DNA of 64,000 nucleotides. Origin: Tubulanus polymorphus (lineage: Eukaryota > Animalia > Nemertea). The stretch is taken from positions 26,446,150-26,510,149 of the forward strand of contig NC_134026.1 in the NCBI RefSeq assembly GCF_964204645.1. Reading direction: 5' to 3'. This document shows positions 55,301-64,000 of the stretch, in pieces. The position numbers were made by a program, and so were the translations under genes. Numbering within the stretch: position 1 is the stretch's first letter; every line of letters begins with the position of its first letter. The notes below the pieces were generated by a model. The model had not been told where the DNA came from, searched no databases, and was given only the letters and a program-made list of their open reading frames with translations.

Positions 55301-57971
55301 TGAGAAGTACCGATTCGAATGTCCCCTTCTACAAGACATAAACCTGTGAGAAAATGACGCGTGTACTTCAGCCCGGAAATGAATCAATGGGTTTTCTGAT
55401 CGAGTAACTCAACAGACAAGAAGCCCAAGGGGTATGCATATACAGAACAAAACAACCACTAAAGCGTCCTTAAAATCAGCATGGCAGTGCTTATCTCTGA
55501 ATTGTTTGTTACGTGTAGGTTATTATTTTGCCTGTTAAATGAGCAAAGACATTGAAGGATTTTTTATCCATTAACGAGGCTCTTTGTGCCAAATTGTCTC
55601 ATTTGCACTTCGGGTCTTAGAAGAATCGTTCAAACAACCATTTTCCAAATTCAATATTCATACGATAGGATTGATTGCACGTGATCATGTTTACCAAACG
55701 ATCGGGCAGCCATCAATATGTGATAAAACAGTGCTGAAACTCCCATCAACTTACAACTTATTTTGAATGGTTTCTCGTGACAACGTTGTTTTTAGGTAAT
55801 AACAATCAACAAGCCGAATTGGCCAACTGTTTATCTGGCAATTTGGTAAAGTAACAATTTTGGCCTTGACTCGGTGCAACTGGAAAAATTTACCTGAACG
55901 GAGGAAATTGCGGGATGTCAAACGATGAAATATCAGACCTGACAACCTCATTCCATCCAAGAAAACTGTGCTTGGAATGTATTCGGCTGATGTTATCTAT
56001 TTGTAGCCAAGACCTTTCTAACAATAGGTGTTTCAAAAAATAACAATATACCCTTACCGACAAATATTTCCATTCGAAAAGCTGCCTGAGATTTCAGGTT
56101 TCAACGTATCACACTCTACACGCTTTTTAAGTTGTAGGACATTGTTACGTAGGGGTATCAACTCAACTGTAAGCTTAGACGGTATTCAGGAATCACAATG
56201 TCTAAATCGAGGGAATTACACAGTATCTCAGATATGGATTTTAAGAAGGCTTAAATGGAAACAAAAGTGAAAGGGCACTGCCTTTCAAAATGAGCAAAGC
56301 TACATCTTTGAAGCAGCTGAAAAAAAAATAAGATGTTTTGAGTCGGTGGCCGAGACATTCAGACCTTAAGAGACTATCAATAATGCCTTTGAGTGACTAA
56401 GCAACGTAGTGGTACATCGCCCAGCAACCTGCTAAAAATTAATCACGAGCAATCAGTTGATTAGCGCAAACAACGTGGTCGATGATCGATGGTCACCAGA
56501 ATATACACAATCAACACTATGTGACGTGAAATGCCAATAATGCCACTAGCCCCCAACCTGAGACACTACCATTTATCACAAAGCAACAACAAGCAAAAGC
56601 CGACATTCTCAATCATCAGTACCTCCCTGAAAATAGTCAAATTTAGAAAAAAATGTACGCAAGATTGCACGGATATCGATCACCCCCTCTAAACATAGAT
56701 GCTATTAACCAGACTAGAGGAGGACATGCCTCTGGCATCTACTTAATCAGAACACTTTTACGACAAAAAACCATGAATGATAGCATCAGCACACTGACAA
56801 ACCGACACATTACACTCGAACAGCTTTACTTTAGAATCTTATTTCCCATTCTGGGCCAAAAATCCTTAACCAACGAACAAATGAATATATAATCTCAAGC
56901 AGCAGATGAATGAATATTTGGAAGCAAAATGAGGAATTCATTTCAAAGTGAAAATAATGCTGTGGTCGCTGCAGCTATTAAGATGCGGTGATGGTATGAA
57001 GTCATCTGAGGGCATGAAATCTATCACTCCCACAAGACACATCCATTAAACATGCTGACACACTCTGTATGCCGGTATCAATAAAAAATTTCAATAACCT
57101 TCAAGGTGGAGGTCCATGAACCCAAACAGTTTGATTTCGACAAACAAGCAAAGCATAAACTAAACGAAAATAATGGCAGCTATTGTGATATTCTTAATTG
57201 TTGTTATGGGGAAAATTTTCTCTTTGACAAAATTCTAATGGCAGGACGGAGTGCTATTTTTGGACAACTGGGAAAAGGCATCAGATTCCTGCAAACAAGG
57301 ATGACAGTCTGAAGTGAGTTCAATTCCATGCATGAACTTGTTTTTGAAAAATTATGTATGAAAACATCTCGACACCCATAACAAATATCCCACACATCAC
57401 CCTAAGTTCTAATGGCAACTGAACAATTCATTATTCGCAGAATATTGATTTAAAGCGATATTAATCTGGTTTTAAACTACGAGTCACGACAAGTCAGATG
57501 TCAAACCATGAAAGGGGTGATGTTTAATTCATTTCTTACCGGTCTTAGCTTATTAAGACAAGAATTGAAATGGGTAAAACATAATAATTCATTTTACAAT
57601 TCACATTTCCGCAAAAGATATCTTCCCTTTTATTTTTGGGGTTGGTTCTTTGATTAAATGAATGAGTACCAATAATTTCATTCTCAGAGCCCTGGCCGCG
57701 ACTTCAGAGCCATCTATCCACCAACATCGCGTTTAATCTAACATAAGTGATTATTACCCGATCAGAGAATTGCATTGAAAAGGACAATGAATATTGTTAT
57801 TCATAACTGGCCAGTTAACAACAAATAACTACTGGTAGTTTGTTATGTCACACAAGGCTGCCATTCTGGGCAGCTAGCTTTCACAGTTTGGATTTGGTGT
57901 TTAAAAGAGAACAGCACAGTAAGGATTACGCAATAAACATGGATTATTCAAACATCTGAAGTATATGAAAA

Positions 57972-58436
57972 GTAAGTAAAACTATGATTATTTTCTAGTC
58001 ATTTCCATTAATCTAAGGAGACTCGAGATTTTAGGAATAGTTTTATTTTGTAAATAATTAGGGTCTAAAAGAGTAGTAATATTAGGCAGGTCCGACTAAT
58101 GTCTTAGGTAGTAAAAATGAAATATTTAGATAACAAGAATCTAGACTCAAATTTTAAACCATAACTGCGACAACTGCAACTGTCTGGTGCAAGAGGACCT
58201 GTTTCTGTATATAGCAACATCCCCGTGAATACATATCTTCTGGTCATCAGTTGAAACAATGAAACTTTTGTATATGAGACAATAAGTTGCTAGGTTCTTA
58301 TTATCATACATTCTCGGTCCTCTTTTGTTCCTCGTATCTATAGCGTTTGTATAGAAACATGAATTCTGTATACAAAATAGATAAAATATTCATACATCAA
58401 TACTAAGTTCATCGACGACAATATTATGTATTGCAG
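57972..58436 (+). other. Probable 5'-UTR intron of the divergent GPCR
   Basis: Donor AAA|GTAAGT at 57971/57972; acceptor tatgtattgcag| at 58436, 143 nt upstream of the ATG at 58580. Confidence 0.5.
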
Positions 58437-58579
58437 GCAGCGGACAGTTTAATACATCCTACGAACTGTTCTCATTGTATATATAATAGTTCAGCACTCA
58501 ACAATCCAATATAACGGACTAGAAAATGACTTACTATCGCATTAAATTTAACAAAATGAGGTGAATTTATGGAACAATC

Positions 58580-59960
58580 ATGACAGAAAATCTATTGCTG
58601 GCTAGCAGTAGCGCTGCAATAGTTTTGGCAGTTCTACAAATAATCTTCTATATTTGGATGTTGATCAGCAATTTCCTGACATGGATTACACTACGAACTC
58701 TAAGAAAACAACATTATGGGCCCAGGAATATACTCTTAGGAATGGTAGTATGTAATCTACTATCCGCCACAGTCACAGTTGCGCTCTCGATACTTAAAGA
58801 TGCTACACAAGACTGGGAATTAGGCGACTTGTTGTGCAGTGTGTGGATTGGTTTGGACTTTTTTCAGCGGATGTTCTATGGTGTAGCCTTGTTGGCAATT
58901 ATGGTCAGCAAATTCATACAAAGCAAGCGAAGTTTGATGACTATGACAAGTAAATCATGGTGGCCGTATGTAGAGACTTTATCACCTTGGCTCGTAACAT
59001 TGATAGTAACTGTTATCTGTGTAGCGGCAATCGGTGATCATTTTTATATCAGCATAAAAGCGGATACGTATACAACACTAAAACAATGTAATTGGTTGAA
59101 TACAGGTACAGCAGTCCTAGTAGATCTTCTCGTATCATATCTAATATATTTCATTCCAACATTGGTTATGTACAGCATTCTGTTCACAAGTACATCAGTT
59201 ATACATGTACGAGATGATTTAAGATATCCGACGGATGAAGAACTGTTAGACGAGAATCGGCCACAAAGTCAAGACAGCTGTTACGGTAGCGAGATCAATA
59301 CGTCGCCTAATTCTAAAAAAGGGTCAGCAAAAAGTAACCGCACAAGGGTTTCATCAGGGGCTGCATCACGCTCCTCATCATATCGTTATCAAACGCCCGC
59401 GCCAGACAAGCCGCCGCTACCGAGCAATGAAATCATCGATCAACTTCGACCAGTTTCTGGGAAAAAAAATCGTCTGCCGAAATTGGAACAAGAATGGCCG
59501 ACGATTAACAGTTTCGCTTACAATAATCTATCGCAACAAAATATGACACAAGCGAGACCAGTAACAGCCCGTCTTCAGAATAGACTAATCATAGCTGAAT
59601 CTGACGAAAACATCGACACAATCGTAGCAAAACATGGGCAATCAAGCAACGGAGTTGTACAAAATATAAAAGTGAATAACTTCGTGCGACAGAAGTTAAA
59701 AGCAGTTAATTCTGTGGTGGGAATATGCGTAGCCCCTCGTCCGCATACCCGTCAATCCACGTTAAAAACAATCATAGATTCTGATCGGGAAGACGAAGAA
59801 AGCGAGACGGTCTTGGATACCCCGCCGAGTAGAGAAGGAAACCGATCCGAAAGTCGCGCTATCAGTCGAACATCAAGCCGAAACCAAATAGTGACAACAC
59901 CTCGTGAAGACAGACTGTCGCCTCGGCCTGTAATAACACCACCACAAAACAGAAATCAGA
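58580..59960 (+). CDS. Divergent amine-type class A GPCR, coding exon 1 (TM1-TM5 and most of ICL3)
   Basis: Five hydrophobic segments, WELGDLLC (ECL1/C3.25), WIGLD (D3.32) and W4.50. Donor CAG A|GTAAGC at 59960/59961 (phase 1). Confidence 0.85.
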
Positions 59961-60295
59961 GTAAGCATCATTAGGCTTTAAAAAAATCATACCTTGTTTC
60001 TCATAATCAGCCAGGCCATGTTATTAACTAAAATAAAATTTGTGATCAGTTCATTTCTATAACTGCCGGGTCTATTATGATTAGCTTGATCATGATTTAA
60101 AAAAAAGTAATGTACAGGGTAGATAGACGACCGGCTGGGTCAACTTTTAAGCCCAACCGAAATGGCGGTTGGCCAGTTCAACTTGAGAATGAGAAACAAG
60201 GCATCAATTTTTTAAGCCTTTCATCTTTTTTGTCATTTCCAAATGATTTTTTTCTGATACACTAAAAACGAATATTTCATATGTAATTGTTTCAG

Positions 60296-60669
60296 TCGCG
60301 ACACCGCTTGGAGAACCTATGGAAAATGCAGATGAAACCCTGGAGAATTACTGTTATATCGAAAGAGAAACAACTATACTGGATATGAATAAACCAGATT
60401 TTAGTGCGGAGTGTGATCATCACACATTCATGAAACGTGCCGGGATATTGTTGCTGATTTTCTATCTCGCACATCTACCACGTTTGATTGCAAATATTGC
60501 TATTGCAACATGTGATTCATGTCAAATAACTGTGACTGCTTATTCAGCCGTACATTGGATTCAGTACCTCAACCTTGCACTAAATCCACTATTTTTTCTG
60601 TTAAAGTTTGCGGATTTTAAAAGGAAACTCATTAATGTGCTAAAATGTAAACTATCCGATTCAAAATGA
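60296..60669 (+). CDS. Divergent amine-type class A GPCR, coding exon 2 (TM6, TM7, helix 8); spliced product 584 aa
   Basis: Acceptor ttgtttcag| at 60295 joins in frame (A+TC GCG ACA CCG...ATG GAA). Encodes KRAGILLLIFYLAHLP (TM6), CDSC, and WIQYLNLALNPLFF..DFKRKL (TM7/H8). Confidence 0.85.
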
Positions 60670-60671
60670 AC

Positions 60672-60688
60672 AATAAACCTGTAATAAA
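60672..60688 (+). terminator. Tandem candidate polyadenylation signals of the divergent GPCR
   Basis: AATAAA at 60672 and 60683, immediately after the stop codon. Confidence 0.4.
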
Positions 60689-60896
60689 GAGCACTATTTG
60701 AATGATTTTATGACAAAATGAAGTTGACATTTTAGTAGATAGAATCCATTAAGGATTTGTATCTTTAAAGTGTCTGTAAATTATCAATTTATTCATCTAA
60801 CACTGTCAAAGATTTGTGATGTCACTTTTGAAACTGATGTGATTGTTTTTCATCCAATAAAAAGACTTTTATCATAATAAAATACATGTTGTGTAC

Positions 60897-61020
60897 CTTT
60901 ATCTAATCTTGGAGGGGGTCGATACTTGATACCAGATTGACTCCAAAATACTGGTATAGATCCGCGAACCAGAACAAATGCAACTGTATGTGGCTGTTTT
61001 AGATCATGGGTGGCAATTAT
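60897..61020 (-). CDS. INPP5F: SAC2/INPP5F exon (IIATHDLKQPHTVAFVLVRGSIPVFWSQSGIKYRPPPRLDK)
   Basis: SAC motif RGSxPxFWSQ; acceptor ttcag at 61021, donor G|gtacac at 60896. Confidence 0.9.
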
Positions 61021-61113
61021 CTGAATAATAGTGAATGAAATGACGCAGATGAAAGATATTTCATGACGAAATGGAATGACAACGAATAGTAGGATTGAAT
61101 CGCATCTTGATAC

Positions 61114-61181
61114 CTGCTCGGTTTCAACATAGTTCGCAACATGGCCATCTTCATCAACGCCTCGACAACGCACCCGAGTAC
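61114..61181 (-). CDS. INPP5F: SAC2/INPP5F exon (GTRVRCRGVDEDGHVANYVETEQ)
   Basis: SAC motif RGxDxxGxVANYVETEQ; acceptor ctgctag, donor CAG|gtatca; phases consistent with neighbouring exons. Confidence 0.9.
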
Positions 61182-61617
61182 CTAGCAGTCAACGAGAAAA
61201 ACCATAAATATTTCAGAACACTGGAGATACACACACGCCATCTATCAGAACAATCAATAATTGCAGCAACGACTGATCAGAGACCATCTATGAGACACAC
61301 TGATTAACAGTCATCTGCTTAGAATCGTTCAGTCTGCTTTTGAAGTTTATTATTCAAAGCATATAATAAATATCTAATATAACTACCCTTGAGGTTTGCG
61401 TTAAAATATCAAGGATAAATTGTACTTTGTATCATACATTGCACATAGATGTTTCGATGTTAATATATCAACTTCAACAGAACACATGGTTATGTACGCA
61501 GTTGTGTAAATACAATAGCCGTGCATATGTTACTGAATTACAGACTACAAGATCAATCTGCAATCAATAATTCAATCGGATTAGATTTTTGATAATACAT
61601 TGAATACCAGCTCATAC

Positions 61618-61786
61618 CAGCTCGATGTCTGCATCTACGAGATATAAGACCTAGTGTAAAAACAAGCGGTTCACGCGGGCCACTCGAAGGTTGCAGCATC
61701 TTGTACGGATTGAAGTCCAATCGACAATGCTCGATTTGTATGTAACCTTGAATTATTGGCACGATCCAATGGTCAGCAGCTGCATC
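61618..61786 (-). CDS. INPP5F: SAC2/INPP5F exon (DAAADHWIVPIIQGYIQ...LISRRCRHRA)
   Basis: SAC motifs WIxPxIQG and ISRRxRHRAG; acceptor tttcag, donor G|gtatga. Confidence 0.9.
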
Positions 61787-61930
61787 CTGAAACAAGCAAT
61801 TGGAATGATTAAGTTATCATCAGGAAATGCAGCCTTTATTTAAGGTGACATTTAATTCAATCAGAACAAGGGAGAAGTCACTACATATCAGGGCTGTAGC
61901 ATTCAATATCTATCAGCGTGCGATACTAAC

Positions 61931-62110
61931 ATTACACTGTATAAGATCATCAAGCATCGTCTTGTTCCAGAAGAAACGGTCATCGACTCGTTTCCACAAT
62001 GGTAACGTTCGATCGTAGTCCGGTGAATGTTGACGCTGAATTGTATTCGTCAGATCGCTGGTCGTACTGTAGTAAAACGAATCGAGCTCGTTGAACATTT
62101 TCAAGATTTC
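61931..62110 (-). CDS. INPP5F: SAC2/INPP5F exon (EILKMFNELDSFYYSTTSDLTNTIQRQ...VDDRFFWNKTMLDDLIQCN)
   Basis: SAC motifs FYYSxxxDLTN and DDRFFWN; 180 nt with AG/GT boundaries. Confidence 0.92.
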
Positions 62111-62204
62111 CTACCCGAAAAAAAAAACAAACAAAACATTTAGAGAAAATATATTTGAATTCTTCTTGATTGAGCGATGCTCATTTTCAAGCCCCTATCT
62201 TCAC

Positions 62205-62249
62205 CTCGAGTACTCTTCGATCAAATTTCTCCTTTTCCTTGACTTCTTT
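62205..62249 (-). CDS. INPP5F: SAC2/INPP5F 45-nt exon (KEVKEKEKFDRRVLE)
   Basis: tttgcag acceptor and GAG|gtgaag donor; in frame; resembles the KESKEKEKLERRLLE segment of vertebrate INPP5F as I recall it. Confidence 0.8.
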
Positions 62250-62360
62250 CTGCAAAGGTATAAAAGACATTGCTCTATACAAGCAATTGGTTCCTTTGAA
62301 ATATACCTAAGTGGATACAGACGCCAACAATCAACATCAGATGTATCGATTGTCAATTAC

Positions 62361-62492
62361 CTTCTTTGGTTTGACATTTTCAGCAGCTGATTTAATTTGG
62401 TTCCAGGTTTTCTGTAATGGCATTTTTGATCCATCTGGGGATTGCGTTATCTTCTCGGTCTTTCTCATGCCAAAGTGGTGTTTTTTGCATAG
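62361..62492 (-). CDS. INPP5F: SAC2/INPP5F exon (LCKKHHFGMRKTEKITQSPDGSK...KPKK); upstream exons lie beyond the window or were not recognised
   Basis: LCKKHHFG is characteristic of SAC2/INPP5F; acceptor ttacttacag at 62493, donor AAG|gtaatt at 62360. Confidence 0.85.
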
Positions 62493-63389
62493 CTGTAAGT
62501 AACCAGCGATACCAGGTAACTGCAGATACATCCTTTGAAATGTTCGAGGATATTTATACATAATTCTCTACTTTGATATTGTTCACCGAATAAATCAGAT
62601 CTATTTGAAAAGAACCTTATATAAGAGGTGTAATAACTAGGGGAAAAGACTGATATGAAAATCGATTTATTCAATCAATCATGATTTGATTTTACTCCCA
62701 ACGGATACAAAGCTTGAACGTGTGGCGTGTTCGTTGATGAAGAATATCTGGACCTCAAAACATATCAGATAGTTACTCGCTTGGTTCATTAACTTCAACG
62801 TAAAATCGATTAAACGTTTGATGAATTCAAGAATCATTTGCCGAAGGACACAACACGAGATATGTTTCCTTTAATCGTATCCAGTCACGTGAATCTGAAA
62901 GCTAGTTGTATTCATCACATGGAGTTACATCAACCCGATTGTCCAGTGACTGATGGTAAACCAACCATTTGGCAGTGTAAGATAAACTGCAGAAATTCTA
63001 TCGACTATCCATAAATCATACATTCGTCATTATTACACGCAAACATATCAGATCAAGATACACGCACAAGAAAACCTTGTAGTATATATATATATATATA
63101 CAGATGAAAGTGTGGTATCACAGTAGGTCTACCCCTCAGTAGATTTACAATTGGAAAAAGAAAACTATGTTATGCCTCCAAACCGAGATAATTTTTTTCA
63201 ATCAACTAACTGTAAATAGAGGTTTCGTTAGTCAGTTATTCTTCAATTTGTTAGTAGTTTAGGGAACGACCATTCAAGTTAAAAAGGCAAGGGTTTGATG
63301 TCCATCAGTTATTTTCATTCTACCAATTTATATGATCAATTTGAGATATTATGGCTGAATGAGAAAATGTTTCTGATGCGTTGCAGTAG

Positions 63390-63606
63390 TTTATAGCCAC
63401 AGGCGTTTTTGGCATGTGCCAAATTATTCCCACGGGTGCCTCATGGACCCAAAACATCGGACCAGGCCAAAGCCAAAATCTAGCACGGGTCAAATTATTG
63501 CGTGTGAATTGCGGAAGTGAGTCACTATCGAGTGACGTGTGAATGCGCTCTCTAATTAGGCACGGGCCTGATCCGGGCCAAATCATGTCTGTATAATCGC
63601 GACTTA
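63390..63606. mobile_element. MITE-like element of the same family as 49551-49796 (opposite orientation)
   Basis: Reverse complement taagtcgcgattatacagacatgatttggcccggatcaggcccgtgcctaattag... aligns with 49551-49720 and with 14797-14892. Confidence 0.6.
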
Positions 63607-64000
63607 GGCCTATATCATTGAAGTACTGTCCATGTCACCTGTTTGCTTTCATTACTACATAAGTATTTAAAATCTAAAACCAATCACAGCATCTCGTGAC
63701 ATATACGAGCCATATATCAACCACAGTGTAGTCATGGCAATCAGTGGAATCAGATAATTCTTATTCCGTGACGATGAGAAACAATTTTTATACTAAAATT
63801 ATTAAAAAAATCTTGGATTTTCTTCTTTTAGATAGATATTTCTAAGTAATTCCGTTTGATAGATTGAATTGTTGAAGAATGCTGGGGGTGGCTGTTGATA
63901 AACTAAGAATATACTCATGCCCATACATAGAACTAATTACCAGTATGTCAGAATTAATAAAAACCATGACCAAATATTCCACATCTGCCACTAAAGGATA

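Larger units (their letters stand above)
1..60896 (-). other. Inferred giant (>60 kb) phase-1 intron of SAC2/INPP5F hosting two antisense GPCR genes; acceptor presumably left of the window
   Basis: The last visible SAC2 exon ends ...RLDK G|gtacac at 60897/60896. The following conserved SAC2 segments (FDFHE, RGMKFENV, RVNCxDCLDRTN, WANNGD) were not found by eye on the minus strand of 1-60896. Confidence 0.65.

Noticed and set aside
59961-59974. Stop codon ending the 464-aa ORF as a truncated 5-TM protein or pseudogene
   Set aside because: A consensus GTAAGC donor at 59961 splices in frame to 60296 and restores TM6-7.
62493-62519. Alternative upstream acceptor (ctgcag at 62520) adding LPGIAGYLQ to SAC2
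   Set aside because: In frame and possible, but similarity to SAC2 starts at LCKKHH and the 62493 acceptor looks adequate; not called.
1-64000. tRNA, rRNA, miRNA, snoRNA, CRISPR arrays or autonomous transposon ORFs
   Set aside because: None recognised by eye. The DNA is eukaryotic, with no regularly spaced repeat-spacer array. Covariance-model searches were not run, so small ncRNAs cannot be excluded.

Overview
AT-rich animal genomic DNA, probably an invertebrate (a spiralian origin is my inference, not shown). Three protein-coding genes are supported. (1) Six minus-strand exons (62492-60897) encode part of the SAC domain of a SAC2/INPP5F phosphoinositide phosphatase. After 60897 I could find none of the remaining SAC2 exons, implying an intron of more than 60 kb that runs off the left edge. 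(2) Inside that interval, on the + strand, is an intronless-CDS biogenic-amine (tyramine/octopamine-type) class A GPCR (30867-33134) with a very long, heavily N-glycosylated N-terminus. (3) Also on the + strand is a two-exon, highly divergent amine-type GPCR (58580-59960 + 60296-60669, 584 aa) that has lost most activation motifs. The most interesting signal is in the giant intron. It contains two strong AG|GT juxtaposed acceptor/donor sites (45033/45032 and 28522/28521), about 16 kb apart, each followed 45-49 nt later by a strong donor. This is the signature of recursive-splicing ratchet points with cryptic exons. The rest is non-coding, with degenerate MITE-like repeats, TA microsatellites and a candidate promoter/first exon with a CGTCA cluster near 17 kb. 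Nearly all other short ORFs in the track look spurious.
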